From Trichosphaerium sp. ATCC 40318 (lineage: Eukaryota; Protista; Tubulinea), in the NCBI GenBank assembly GCA_038496445.1, contig JALMLS010000341.1, forward strand, positions 62,001 through 126,000: DNA of 64,000 nt. The letters run 5' to 3'. Positions 11,155 to 25,596 of this stretch are shown piece by piece. Each line of letters starts with the position of its first letter. Position 1 is the stretch's first letter. Both the position numbers and the translations under genes were made by a program. The notes below the pieces were generated by a model. That model saw nothing but the letters and a program-made list of their open reading frames with translations, was not told the DNA's origin and searched no databases.

Positions 11155-14100
11155 ATGGGCGTACCATCATTTTTTAGATGGCTTGTGGATAAGTATCCAG
11201 CCGTAATTCAAGCTGTAATAGAAGAGCAAGAAGGAGATCCAAGAGCTAGAAGAAATAATAATACAAACCCAAATGGTTTCGAGATAGATTGTCTATATAT
11301 TGATATGAATGGCATTATTCATCCATGCTCGCACCCAGAAAAAGGGGTAGGAGTTATTTTGCGCGAAAGCAACTTTTTTTGTTCAGATTTGCGTAACGTT
11401 GCGAGTTAATTAATCCATAATAGCCACAACCACAAAGCCTATCCGAGATATACAAAAATGTCGAATTGTATGTTGAGCGTTTATTCAACATGGCAAAACC
11501 ACGTCGTTTGCTTTACATGGCCATTGGTACGCACTCATTCTTAGATATAATGCATAATACGATCAATATTGAAAAAGCGGTTAGATGGAGTTGCCCCTCG
11601 CGCAAAGATGAACCAACAGCGCTCTAGAAGGTAAACAACGCGTTTATATTGCTTTACCAACATTTGCGCTTAGATTCCGTTCTGCACAAGAGGCAGACCA
11701 GAAAAGAATCGCACTAGAAGAAGAGCGAAGAGATTTAATATCTAGAGTATGGAATTCTTCATTCACTGTCATTAATTATGCTTGCTAGGGCCTCATGACG
11801 GAAGAAGAGGCACAACAACAGCGAGATAGACATTTCAATTTCGATTCTAATTGCATTACACCGGGTAAACTCCGACCTAGTCATTTTTTGTTTGACATTT
11901 CCTTCAAACACTTGTTTCGTCATTAACGTTCTGGGGTTTTAGGCACGGAGTTTATGTATAAATTGGCAAACTTTATGCGCGAGTTCGTAATCAGAAAACA
12001 ACAAACAGACCCAGCCTGGAAGAAAATTGCAGTTATTTTATCAGATGCAAATGTAACGAACTTTTTTTTTGTTTTGTTTTTGAGATTTTTCTTAACTTTA
12101 TCAACTGACGTGACTTCAGGTTCCAGGAGAAGGTGAACATAAAATTATGGTATGTCTGTACATTAGTTAAAACTACTAGGCTCGAATGAAACTTTAATAT
12201 TAATATTTGTTGAATTAGCATTCTGTTCAGGCTTTTTTCTTTTTTTTCCATTTTTTTCACATTTTTTTTTTTGCTAATAATTTACTTGTTGTAGGAATTT
12301 ATCCGATACCAGCGAACACAACCTGGTTATAACCCAAACACACAACATTGTGTATGTGGTCTAGATGCTGATCTAATTATGTTGGCTCTAGCCACACACG
12401 AGCCAAGGTTTTGTATTTTGAGTACGTTGCTTGTTTTTTTTCTTCTTTTTTCTTCATTTCTCTGACATATAATTAGGAGAGAAGGTGACATACGACCGTA
12501 ATAAAAAAGGAAAAGGAAGTAATAGGGTATGTAGTAGACTATCATTTAAAATGAGTGATTAACAAACCATTTACAAAGCCTTTGGATTCGGAAGATATTA
12601 ACGAAAAACCTCATGAGTTTTTACATGTGAATGTTCTTAGAGAGTATTTAGAACATGATTTACGCATACCTGATAAAGAATTGGGATTTAAATGGAGCTT
12701 AGAACGAGCAATAGATGATTTTGTCTTTTTATGTTTTTTTGTCGGCAATGATTTCTTGCCGCACGTGCCAACCCTTAAAATTCATGAGGGTGCTATTGAT
12801 CTTCTTGTGCAGTTATATAAGACTCACTTATCATCAATGGGAGGCTATATTACCGAAAATGGTGACGTGTCAATGCCACGCGTTCAAAAAATTATGGAAG
12901 AAATTGGAAAAGCCGAAAATACGATTTTGGAGTTGCGTGTTAGAAAAGAACAACAGCAACAGCAAAGGAAGAGAGATAAGGCTAAAAAATGGAAAGAGCG
13001 TAAAGCAAGTCTACAAGCCCATAAATCCATTGATAAGGGATACACTCACGAAAAGATATCCGCAAAGAGAAAGGTAAAAAAGCTCTTTGTGTTTAAGTTT
13101 TTTGTTTGTGCATTATTATATCGGCTTAAAGTGTTTTCAATTCACTAGCACATTATATGTGGGCGTATATTTAACACAAATAACTTGCTAATTTATCAAA
13201 AAAAGGATTTGGTTTCCATTCGACATTTTATTTTTTTTTGCGTTTTTATTCGTTTGTGCTCACTTGCAATTTGTTGTAGGAAACTGGTAAAATTGTGGCC
13301 AAAACATTAAAAATTGGTGATACGTATACAATACACTCAGTAAAACACTCAAGTGGAAGTGATGGTGGAGAAAATGTTAGTGTAGCATTTAAAGCTATCT
13401 ACAAGCGTAAGCCAAAATTATTGCAAGTTCTGCTCCGTGAAACATTGGAAGGCGGTGCAACTTCAAATACAAGGTTAGATCATCTATTGCATAAAAAACC
13501 CCCTTCAAAAATTTAACAGCATTAAAAGAGGTCACGTGTACATTGTATACTCTTCGAAACTTCGAATTGAAGGTTTTCCTTTTTTTTTCTTTTTTTTTGG
13601 TTAGAAAAATCAGTATTTACCTTTTTTTTTAGGTTATCATACAACTATGAACATGTAACAAAACTATATTTCGTAGTTTGTCCTGATAAGACAATTTTGG
13701 AATTGACAAGTTCAAAAGAACCTGTTTATGAGATATCTCAATCTGGTACATAACTTTTCTTTGCTTTTTGTTTGTTTGCTACACAAGTTCTATGGTGTTA
13801 AACATTAATTCTTGGTATAGGTCAAAAGATGACTGAGACACTGATTCCACCATTTATTGATGAAATAGAATCAAAAGGTAGGAAAAGGAGTGGTTGTTTT
13901 TTTATTTTTTTTTGATTCTGTTACTAAGACTTTGTTTTAGATGATGTGAAGACTATCAAGATGGAGTTTTCGACGTTCTTCAACTTATCGCGTATTAAGC
14001 AAGTGGCAGAGTCTGATGAACATATAGCTTCCATTATGTCAGTAGAGAACGTAGAAGGAGCTTCCCTTCTCGCTCTTGTTGTTCCTCCTAAAAAAGAAGA

Positions 14101-16645
14101 ACCAGAAGCTTCAGCTGATAAGAAGGACGAAAAAGGCGGTGACGCTTCAGATGGAAAGGATAAGCCACTTGTTGTAAAAGTTCCCGCGCCAGAGGCGAAA
14201 GATGCTCCAATTGTCGTCACCTTAGGAGGTGAAGATGTCCGTCTTGGAGAAGAAGGTTCGATTTTTTTTTCGATTCTTTCCATTTTCGAAGGTGTTTTAT
14301 TCCTTATTACTAACGCAAATAGGGTGGCGTGAGCGCTACTATAAGGCTAAGTTCAAGGTATCAATTCATGAGAACAATGAATTTAGAGAAAAGATTCGGC
14401 TTCATTATGCTGAAGGACTTAAATGGGTGATGGAGTATTATTACCAAGGCTGTGCTAGCTGGAGGTGGTTTTACCCATACTATTACGCTCCATTCAGTGC
14501 TGAGACCTATGACGTCGGTGAATTGAAGATTGAGTATGACAAGGGCACACCATTCAAACCTATTGAGCAACTCATGGGTGTGTTGCCACCTGGAAGGTAC
14601 TAAACACTTTCTTTTTATTCTGCTTTTTTTTTTTGATTTTCTTCTCTTCCTTGCTTTGGTTTCCTTTTCTTATGATATATTTAGTTGTACTTTACTACCG
14701 GCGCAGTACCGTCCACTGATGCTTGAAGATAGTAGCCCACTTATCAAGTATTATCCTAAAAAATTCGACGTTGATCCAAACGGCGAAAAAGTAGATTGGA
14801 AGTATGTCATACTTGTACCTTTCATTGAAGAAAATGACTTACTTGGTGTAATGACACCTATGGTACTTAATACTAACGAGATGAGCGTGCTAATTTTCTA
14901 CAAAGGAAGCTACATTAAAGGAAAATGAGAAAAAGAGAAATACACTTGGTGATCCAGTTATTTTCGTTGGTTCCAGACATGAATTGTTCAAGTATAAGGC
15001 TAAGCTTACCGAATCTGAAGATGGAGCTGTTGAACTTGATCCTACTAGTAACGTCTCAATCTACGGAAAAGTGTCAAAAGGTAATAATTTTGGCTTTAAC
15101 GCTCAGAAGTTCATTTCTTCTATCCTTGTTTGTTAGTTTTCTTTTGCTTTTTAGATCTTGATTTAACTCTTGTTGTAGTTTCGGACACTATAGATGAGCT
15201 ATGTAGAGACTCTGTAGCATGCTTCAAGTACGACCTACCTGAGCGTGGCGATACAGTATTTCAGTCCAAGCTCCTTAAAGGCGCTAAAATGCCAAAGAGC
15301 AGAGTTAACAAGCCACGTTATCTCGCGAACAGAAAGTTCTATCTAAGTAAGCCTTACCACGTCCAGTCATCTCATCAAAATTACTTACAACATCATAGGT
15401 CATGCTGCAAATAGGATGATACTTCATGGTCTTGAGTGTATGGACTCTAAGGAGTACGTTGAAAAGACTATTTTTGAAATAAAAACCAGGAAGTTTAACT
15501 TTTCCCAGGGAGCTTGAACGCCTTGAGTTCGAACAAGCCAAGTTCTATGGTAATCGTAATAATCGTGGGTACCATGGTGGTGGTATGTATTGATAAGGGT
15601 GAAGTTTTTGGCTTAACATGTACTTATAGATCGTTCTCATCGTGGAGGACGTGGTGGTCGTGGCCGTGGAAGAGGTCGTGGGGGTTATCATAACAATGGT
15701 GGTCGTAATTACAGCAATTACCCTAACAATCGTCGTAATGATAACAGATCTAATCCATGGCATAATGGTGACCAACGTCGTTACAATGCTAAAGATTCTG
15801 AAGGGCGAGACTCTCGCGATGGACAGAACCAGCGTTGTAAGTACAAAAACAAAACAAACTTGTTGACAACATACAAGAAAGAGAAGGTGATATCTTTACT
15901 TACTTTTTTGTGCAGTTGCTGGCCAAGGACAACGCTTAGGTGGTAACCCAGAGAAACGACGTGTTTGGGTACGCTATGATGTCTGTGCTTTCCTTTTTTT
16001 TTTCTTCTTTAATTAAACTAACTTAATTGTGTTTAAGTCTCGTAAAAGTGATGGAGGAGAAAAGGCTCCAAGTGAATCTGCCAATCAGAACCTTAATTGG
16101 CAACAGAAAATGTTGTTGCAAAACTTTGATAGTCCAACTCAAAGTAACCGCGGTAAACGTGGAGGAAGACGTGGTAGAGGTAAAAAAAAGTGTTGTCTTT
16201 TTGTTATCTCAAGTATTATGTTTTAGGTGGTAGAGGTGGAGGACCAAGTAACTCGCGTCCACCAGTATTTTACCAACCCAAGAATCGCGATAAAGGCGCC
16301 AAAGGTAATTTTTTAAAACAACCGAAAATAATGATTATTTCTCCATTCATTGAATTGTTGGCAAAGCTTTCAGTTGACGTGTTTTTTGTTTATTTTAGAT
16401 ACTCGCGAACAAAAGCAAGGTGGTCGTGGAGGAAAGACTAAAGCAAGCTTCACCTGGCAACAAAGAGATCGTTTCAGTTCAAAAAAAGTAAGTTATGATC
16501 AAACTGTGAAAAAATTCTTATTTTTTTTTACAAGGGTAATACTTCACCTACCAAGGAACCCAAGGAAGAGAACCCAGCTGAAAAACCAGCTGATAAGCCT
16601 GAAAAACAGTCCAAGAAGCCAGTCAATGATGATCCAAGCGAATAG
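11155..16645 (+). CDS. 5'-3' exoribonuclease, XRN family (XRN2/Rat1-like size, RGG-rich tail)
   Basis: [98 protein letters not shown]. Confidence 0.93.
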
Positions 16646-16807
16646 AGGTTGATGGCAGTTTTTTATTCACAATTTTTTTGTTGAACCGAATTGTTCCTTT
16701 CGGTTAGAGATTTCCACAAAAGAAAAGTTATGAATATTTCTGCACTGAAAACGTCTTAAATAAAACAGCGGTATTAACGCAAGCATTGCACCTCGTTTTA
16801 AGTAAAT

Positions 16808-18351
16808 ATGAGCACAAAAAGGAAGCGTAATACATTAAACAAACAAAATGCTTCAAAAAAGAGAAAGAAAATGGGTTATTACCTTACTGGCGCTATTTCA
16901 AAGTGTATTGTAGGCGAAGAAGCCAGTTTTACAATTACATCCCGTGATAATGCCGGAAAAGAGCTCGTATGTATTGTTTAGAGCGTTGTTATTGGTTTTA
17001 AAGTGCGCACTAGGTTCTTGAAACCGTTCAGGTAAAGATAACCGGTCCTGAAGATGGAGTACCTACAATTAGGTACACTTTTGGTGAAAAATCCATTACA
17101 TGTCACTTTAAAGTGTCCAGAGTACGTTGATACCATTTGGCTTAGAGTGCCTTCTGTTGACACTTTGACAGGAAGGAGACTACGACGTAGAAATACTGGA
17201 TAGTGATGACATCTATGTTGAATATGAAGGTACTAGTCAGAGTTCGGTTCATCATTGGTTTCTGAATTACTTGAAGGAAAGGAAGTTACCAAGTATGTTA
17301 AGTCGATATGGTCACTTAAATTACCTGATTGGATGGATGTAGATATTGTAGATGGGCGTATAAACAAACGGTTCGTGCCTCAATATTAATAAACATCCTG
17401 AACGTATAAGAAAATAATGAGAATAAACAGGGAGAGTGAAACTGTTGATGAATTTCTAGAACGTTGTGATCCAACGAAGATAAGTAACATGTATGCGGAT
17501 TGGATTCAGGTATAATGTTGAATCCATATCTCCGTTTGTGAGTTAACTGGTTTAGCTAAATTCCCCTGACTTCGTTGATGATGTACTAAAAATGACAAAT
17601 AAACAAATTGAAGCTGAAGGTGTGGTGTAATATTTGACCCTCAAGTACTTGAGTTTCAGTGATTAATTAGTTCCTAGGCAAAAAAATATTGAAGTCAAAG
17701 GGGACGAAGGAAGAAAAAGCTGAAAAGATAAGCGCTCTTGCCAAAAAATCAGGATTACTTGCTGGCAAATGTAAGTCCGAATAATGTTCTCTTATTAAAC
17801 CTAACTTGAGTGTAGGGCTGTTATTTCCAAAAACAAAGGAAGTGAAAGAAGTTTGGTCAATGGTAGCAAGCCTTGTAGATGATTCTTTGGCTAATTCGGC
17901 CAAAGTAGCAACGAAGGGTAAAAGACCGTTTTTTCTTACTTTTTTCTTTTTTTTAAAATGCAAACTTGCCTTACAAATGCTAAGGGAAACGTTCTCGAAG
18001 CCATATATTATGTATTTATACAAAGAACTTCCTTGATGAAGAAGATGTAAATAATGTTAGAAGAGCACTTAGGGAACGCGGGATTTCAAGATCTATAAAG
18101 TACAAGGCGGATATCTACACTCATCTGAATGTTTATAACAATAAGATTGTAAACGAGTTTACTTACAAAGGCTGATAAGCCAAACATAAAACCTGCATAT
18201 CTTAGCTTCCTTAGCTTGTTGTCAAATATTTTCTACTAATCTAAAGTCTCCTGTTGCCATTTTTTTTCAAGAACATACCAAACAATAACTTATTTGAGCG
18301 AGTCACTATGAAAGACAAACCAACATACAAAGAAGTAATTAATCAGTTTTA
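16808..18351 (+). CDS. Filamin-like N-terminal domain + DUF1917/C11orf68(BLES03)-like domain protein
   Basis: Basic NLS-like start, VGEEASFTITSRDNAG (filamin-like), then AGKWLLF...VW..VA...AKVA...LCIYTKNFLDEEDV...IKYKADIYTHLNVY. 3' end uncertain. Confidence 0.6.
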
Positions 18352-18422
18352 AAGCATAATGGTCATTCGTAAACAGTCCAGTCTGAATAAGTCCAAAAAC
18401 CACGCTTGGTTTGGTTCGTTGG

Positions 18423-21255
18423 TCATAATACAAATAATATAAAACAGTTTATTAGCGTATTTCTGCATTTTGAATGGCAGTTTAATATTCGAGCTTTCAG
18501 TGTCGTTTAGTCATAAATCACTTCGGGAAAGGATATGGTATCCCCTGTGTTATCTGTATCTATAAGAACAGTGACTTTATAAACCCAATGAAGAGCACAT
18601 GATATATCTTCCCACAAAGAATTGTATTCCTTAATCATACCCGAACAGGAAGTCTCATAGAATAAAATGGATCCGAGGTAATTCTTTACAATCTCATGCC
18701 AAAAATGACATGTCAACGAAACATTGACATAATCAGATGGAGCATGATGAAAGATACAAACAAGAACTTCAACCTGTAAAAAAAAAGTAAGTGGTGATGT
18801 TGAACCAATTGAACAGAAAAATACGTTTTCTCCTTTTCATCACAACCAGCACTTACAGGCATATTATCAATGATGCATAACTTCGTTTGAGGTTCATAAA
18901 GAGTCATAGCTTGTTTTGGATAAGAATTTGTATTTGACAGCATACGGCCAACTTGAACTGTCCAACATATTTCTTTGGCAGTAAATTTAGGTTTTAGCTC
19001 AGTTGCTATTTCTGATTTCCACGGTTTTCTTCCCAGATTCTAAAATAGTGAGAACCTTTTAGTCTTACTTTGGTCATGCGCACAGAAGTTAGTCTTCTCA
19101 AAGAAGTAAGGCATTCTCTATGCCAAGTATGTATCGGCCAATGAATCCTCATATTGTAAATTTTGACATCATGTGAAGTAAACAGAGAGAATATGTGTTT
19201 GTGCTCCATAATAAGTCTCATATTTGTTTGCCCTCTAGTTTGCCACTTTTTAACTGCTTCTTTGTCAAATTTATACATAATTGGTACAGTGAGGTCTAAC
19301 ATGACGTTTGTGAATCGTTCCTTAAATCTAACGAAGTGAGTGAGTTCTCAAACAAAAAAACACGTGTTGAGTATGCTGTATACCGTTTCAGAGGTAGTCT
19401 TCCTTTGAATCTTAGTATGCGCGTATATACCTTCCATAAACGCAGCATTGATCCTAGAATAATGGTCTTCAAACAATAGAAATCCAACCTAAACACAGTC
19501 AAACAAGAAGTTTAAAAAAAAAGCCAACAAAGCCTTGTACCTCTCGTAGGCTTTTTCAGCTTGGTATATAAAGTTGCTCATCAGTTCTTCATAATGTTTA
19601 TCATACCAACAGCATGCCTATAAATACCGTTAATTTAAACTTAGAGCTTCTTTCAGTACCTCTCTTTCTTCGCTTTTTAAGCTTTTTATTCGGTTAGAAT
19701 GTTTTAAGATTGCAGCAGTTTGCTGTGGTTTTCTGTGTCTGTCGGTATACCGATACCAACGATACTCTGACTAATTAAATAATAAGTAGTTTAAGAGAAT
19801 ATTCTTGGTCACCTTTCTCATAGCTATATCCCAACGCCATTCCTTTTGATAATATGGATGAACAGGAGACAAAATCTCTTGTTGAACAGTAATGTGTATT
19901 TGTTTTGGTAAGAACTCCTTTCAAAATGTGTTAACCCTTAGTTATACCTCTTCAAAAACCTTACATTTGGTAGTATGGCTATATGCAACATAAGCTGAAT
20001 AACCATTAGGGACGCATTTCCTCCATAACTGCTAAGAAACGCATGTACAGGAAGACAACTAATAGCGTTTGTTATATGAACTGGAGAAGAGAGTACACTA
20101 CCTTTTGATGGCTTTCTGCATAGCTTGTATATGTAATGGCTTTAGCAGTGAGCCTGATGGTAACTTTAATGATTTGCCAAGCATAATTGCATCCATAATA
20201 TCCACAGAAATTTCTTGTATAGCGTGAACTGCTATATTTTTTGGAAGCGCTTTCATCATAGGTCTTATGAAGCAAAGAAAAGAGCTTTGTAGCATATTTT
20301 TCAAAGATCCATTACATATTGAGTCTACCTTGTTTTTTAAAATTTTAGCATGCTTGGCCCGTGTAGTGTGCTCATCAATGAACCTAAAGCAAATGTGACA
20401 TTTTAAAACGACAACTTCAAACCAAAACTCTGTACTTTTTGGCTTTGTTCTTCAATTTTTCATCTTCTAAGGAAACTACAGGTTCGTTTGTACAAACCAT
20501 AAAGTGATCAGGATCAGTATTAATAGGTGCTACAGAAAAACTTAACCAAAGTACACTAAGATGTGAAAAGTAAGTTGTACCATAAAACTCTGGAATATTT
20601 GGATCTTTCACCAAAGAAAACGCTTTTTTACGAGCTTCTGCGACAGTTCTTTTTACAAGTTAAGACATATATGTCGCGTGTTATAAAAAGAAGGTACGAA
20701 ACTAAGTAATCTTTGAATTTAAAGGATACAATCCAGCAAAACGGCCTTTTTTTATCTTATTGGTATTAGTTGTACTATTGTATTTCTGGTAGGATGTATC
20801 ATGGTAACATTCGCGAGGTACTTTAACATGTCCATCCTTTTTAGACACCTTAAGAGGTGGCAAAATACGTGGAACATAAGGAGCATATCCATAATTAGCC
20901 TAATTAAGAATAAAGATAAGCAATCCTTAGAAACAAAAGGTGTATGTACATATTTGCAAGTTACCCAATTTATTTCGTTTTTTATCGAGAAACTAGGAGT
21001 TACTACCTTATACTTTTTACCAAAGCTTGCCTATAAATGTATCTCAGCAAACAAGCGTTGTATACAACGCAAAAATAACTCGCCTTTAATTTAATATTGT
21101 CTACTTTGAAAAATCTACCTTTGCCGATATCAAGTCCCAAAGCTTGCTCCAAAACTATGAACAAAGTATTAAAAAAACAAGAAAAAAAGAAGAAAATAAA
21201 GGGTACTTCTCGCCACACATTCAGCGACAATCCAATATTCTTTACCAACTTTCAT
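18423..21255 (-). CDS. Hypothetical multi-exon protein
   Basis: Many short open exons on the minus strand bounded by GT-AG introns. No family recognised and both ends are uncertain. Confidence 0.4.
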
Positions 21256-21596
21256 TTTTGTTTTACGTGATGTACCACTCGCTGTATAACGTTCAAGCAA
21301 AGTGTCTGTACAGAACCTAACATCCTTTAACAAAAAAAAAAAACCAACCCAAAAAAATATCTTTGATTTGCTGACAGATGAGGAATCGACTTACAACAAC
21401 TCAGGATTATGTGTCGCCATTATAACAAAGTGAGGTACTTTGTAGTCTCCCATCACACGCAATTTAACAAGAGAATATCTCACATATGGTCTACTAATTT
21501 TACAGTAAATCTGCTGACTAGGTTGGAAGTAATGATACTTTCCTTTGTATAAGCACCTTTAAACAAGTTTAACGTCAGCTGATTGCATCAGCAAGG

Positions 21597-22620
21597 TTAT
21601 AGGTCGTACATTGCGTCCTTTTTAAGGTATCCTGCCTTCTCAAGCTTGTACTCAGCCCATTTTTCGAATTGTTGTATAAAAGCACATTGCTTCGCGTCAG
21701 TTATTGCTATAGTGTCGTTTGAGTCTGTTGTCGGTAGGTTTGACAAAGTATGAATATATTCGCCTCTCATTGCTTTATAATGGGTATACACATCTGCTTT
21801 AACCGTCAAACATGTATTTGAACTCTTAGAAAATATATCTCGCTTTTTGTCTCTGAATGCGATGTTTATACTGCCACTCATGCGTTTCAAACTGTTATTG
21901 TGTTTGTCATCCCACATGTGACTAAATCTATATCAGAGGACTCCTTAGTTACAGCCTGCTATAGTTGTGGCAAGTTTTTGTTTTGTTAAGTTCGTATTGA
22001 AAGGGCTTCGCGAAAATGATTTAAGATAACCCTGTTCAAAATGTAAACCAAGGTAATGTGAACCAATTGTTAACATTAGCTGTATTCCTACAGCTTCGCT
22101 ACTGTGACTGTAGCAAACGAAAATAACTAAACTGGAAAGTATTTCAAAGAACAGATTTATATTACGAGATAAGACAACGTATTAAGCGAACAATAGCGTA
22201 CTCCCATAGTTACGTCACCTGTACCAGCTTCTGGAGCAGTCCAGGTAAATGCTATATTTGTTTTCTTATTAGATCCATCGCGGTGACGAAGGCTACCATT
22301 GCACGCGGGGTACCAGTCCACAAAATGCTGTCAGCTGTAAGTGCAGGGTGACCAGAAAGAATACTTCCAAAATTGTACCAGTAGGAGGAGAGCCTGTATA
22401 AAATGAAATGGTCACTCCCTACAAGTTCACCGGACTTAATTTGTTAGGGAAAGAGGAACGTGCCTTGTACATTGAGGTATCGCTCGCAGGGGCTATTGAG
22501 CACATCCTCATACATAAATTGCCACTGTTCACTGGACAAATTGTTACTGAGCACTCCCAAAAGCGAACAATGAGGCTATAAAGCATGTAAAGAGAAGAAT
22601 AAGCCCGATATCATCATTTT
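21597..22620 (-). CDS. Reeler-domain-like fragment plus downstream ORF (structure unresolved, possibly decayed)
   Basis: 22200-22320 encodes C...RHRDGSNKKTNIAFTWTAPEAGTGDV, resembling the Reeler ...FTWTAP...G.V motif. I could not build one clean reading frame. Confidence 0.35.
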
Positions 22621-23239
22621 TGAAGTTGCTTTCACTAATGAAATATCACGTGATAAAACAATACATTTTATTAATATTGTTAGGATGCCTGAGTACAAAA
22701 ACATTATCAATGTACAGAAAATGCCTTAAACTCACATGAATTCAGCCATATGGGCTTGTTTGTGGCGACATACTGATACAGCTCACAGAGAATATCTACA
22801 TTATGTAGCGGACCAGGTTTTTTGCTCCAGGCTGTGATATTGCAAGCATGCGAAGAGGCCAGTCACAAAAAGAGATATTGTCGCTAAGTTAGGTAAGTAG
22901 CATATCCACGAATAAACGTCGTGATAAAACATACAAGTGGAGTGATATGTCGTGTGCTACCACTTCAATACGTTATGTAATCGTTGGTAAACTGGTGGTC
23001 TATACAACGAGAAACAATACTTGTGAAGTTCAGCAGAACTCTGCGTGTTTTATGGTTCATAAAAATGGTGAATCTAATTTACCGGTTTTCGATTCGTCAT
23101 GATACGAATAATGGACAAATAGTCTTAAAAGTATTGCCGGTTAATTGCTGGATTTTTTTTTACGAATTTTAAGAGGATTAAGGCATAGTTGCAAGGTGTT
23201 GCTGCTTAAGTTTGCAGTTTACCCGATATTACCCCAAGA

Positions 23240-23779
23240 ATGTCCGAATCATCTCTAAACCCATTAGCCTATACAGGTATATTGTATGTACGCATTGAGG
23301 ACGTTGAACAACTAGTAAAAGATAGAAAAACACCTCGTGAACACTTTGTAACAGTAAAATTGTACACGCCAAGCACGAAAATATCAGTAGAAAAGAAAAC
23401 AACGCACATTGAATCGCCATTGGTGACAAGGGCTGTATTTCGCGACACACTACCTCCAATACACGTAAAAAGCAACGGAGATGCTGTTTACGTCATATTC
23501 AAGGTGAAACGTAAAAGATTGACAGGACTCAAGCACAAGACGCTCGCCAAGGCCAAAGTCATCTTAGATCAGTTCGGTTCGCTCAGTTTTCCTTTTGATG
23601 GCACATTTGTATTGCCTATGGACGCACCAGAGCAAATTTACAAAACGAATTTGCGCGTATCTTTAGAATATGTACCAGAAGGCTATGAACGACAAGGATT
23701 CAATGCAGAAGGTAACGACAACAGCCATGTCATGATCGCTATAAAACAAGACACAGAAGAAGACTCGAGCGACTCCTGA
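23240..23779 (+). CDS. Single C2-domain protein (intronless)
   Basis: GILYVRIE...FVTVKL...KKT...VF...VIFKVKRK...KTLAKAKVIL...LRVSLEYVP beta-sandwich pattern typical of C2 domains. Confidence 0.65.
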   Translation: MSESSLNPLAYTGILYVRIEDVEQLVKDRKTPREHFVTVKLYTPSTKISVEKKTTHIESPLVTRAVFRDTLPPIHVKSNGDAVYVIFKVKRKRLTGLKHKTLAKAKVILDQFGSLSFPFDGTFVLPMDAPEQIYKTNLRVSLEYVPEGYERQGFNAEGNDNSHVMIAIKQDTEEDSSDS

Positions 23780-24036
23780 AGAATAGTCAGTTACTACTGG
23801 ATAGTGTACTTCGGCATGAGGAACTGAATTCAGAAAAGCCATGTATAAAGTGTAAATAAACTAAGTTCGCCAGTCTACTTGTATTACCAAAAAGGGAAAA
23901 TACTAGATAACTATTCCCATGGCTGTGATTTAATAAACCACACTATAGATTGTTACAGGATATTTCGATAGAGCAACTAATGCCTTTCAATTAGAAGTAC
24001 ATGAAGAAAGTTACATATTATGCAATATAAAGACCT

Positions 24037-25172
24037 TTAGGAGTTGCAATTGCATGTCACATGACAGCACATTTTATCATTATTTTCTGTTTGTTTTCCA
24101 TCATAACAAGTGAATAACCAACCAGCTGCTGATACTTCACGTATTACTATTTGTTTAAAAGCAAGTTAGTACACATCAAAAAAAAGGTACAAAGATACAT
24201 TCTTCTGTCCCATCTCCTGTTAATGCACTCACTTCAACATAACTATGAGCCTAAATAACACAGTGTGAGTGGATATAGAATCGGTGTAAACTCAAATTGC
24301 TGGTTGTACACCAATTTTTTTTGCTAAACTTATTCCTTCTTCTGTTGTCACAGCTTTCTTTGTGCCACACTCCAGAGAATTTATCTCCCTCAAATCTAGT
24401 TTTGTACCAACCAATATTACTGGGACATCTAGACTATAATGATTCTTTTCTGGATCCCACTACATGAGAACAAAAAATATTACAACGTTATGACACATCA
24501 TAAACCACCTTTGATAAGTAGCAATCTGATGTACCTTGAGCAACACATTTTTGTAACTGACCTTATTTACAAGACTGAATGCAATGATAAATATGCTCTA
24601 TAGCAAACAACAAACAATCAAAAAAAACAACATGTCAAAATTATTGATTGCGTACAGCAAAAGAGCAGGTTATAGTTCGAATTCTTACATATTCGTCTTT
24701 TTCTGCAGTATCCCATAACCCTACATAAGATACATAAGGTACAATAAAGTTACCTTTACATACCTAATTCAGTCTTGTGACCAAACCACGTGTTGACTTG
24801 TATTCTAAAAGTTATTAGTACCCAATAATACGCAAGAACAGGTGATATTGAACACCAAAGTGGATACAAGCCTGAATTTGTATCGAAAACAGTTGGAATG
24901 TAATCTTGCGGAAACTTCTCTATTATTGGTTTTAACAAACGAATTAAGACTTTAGACTCACTCAAAGCCATTCTGATGCATAGACAAGTTTTACCTGTGT
25001 CATATTTAGCTGTTATGAGCAAAATGTCTTAAAATGGCTTTAAACGTAGGATGCGGATCATTTAAAGAGCAATTATGTAAACTATCGTTGTACCAACAGC
25101 ACCATCCCCGATTATTACCATTTTAACTCCAGGGAGTTCATCATCGTGTTCATCGTTTGTTGCGGATGTCAT
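24037..25172 (-). CDS. Rho/Rac-family small GTPase, copy 2 (altered switch II, frameshifted C-terminus)
   Basis: KMVIIGDGAVGKT, YIPTVFD, WDTAEKDEYVRIRTIT, LVGTKLDLR. Ends DKMCCHVTCNCNS*. Confidence 0.8.
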
Positions 25173-25596
25173 TTTCGGGCTATAGTTACAAACAGTCAAT
25201 GGCAGTCTAAGCGGAAGTTATTTTGCACCCAATTCCCCAATTATAGATTAAATAGACTTACTAGAAGGGAGAGCTCGAATACTATGCACCATATGTAAGC
25301 ACAAAGAAATAAGAAAAATGACGTGCTGGCGCTACAACACACCAACAAAGCAACATTTTAAAAAAATGGTGATATCATATTTATGGACATCATTCATCAA
25401 TAGGTTCTTTGTCGATTTGTGTGTTGTATCAATATGTTTCTTCCTAAACAACAATAATGCAATAAGAAAAAACTAGAAAACAAAAGCAGAGCTTGATGCT
25501 AGTCACTAGCATCGTAGGATAGAAACACATTTTTTTGCAAGTTATATTTTTATTCATATCTTTTGACACCATCAGAAAGGAGTTAAAACTCCATTC

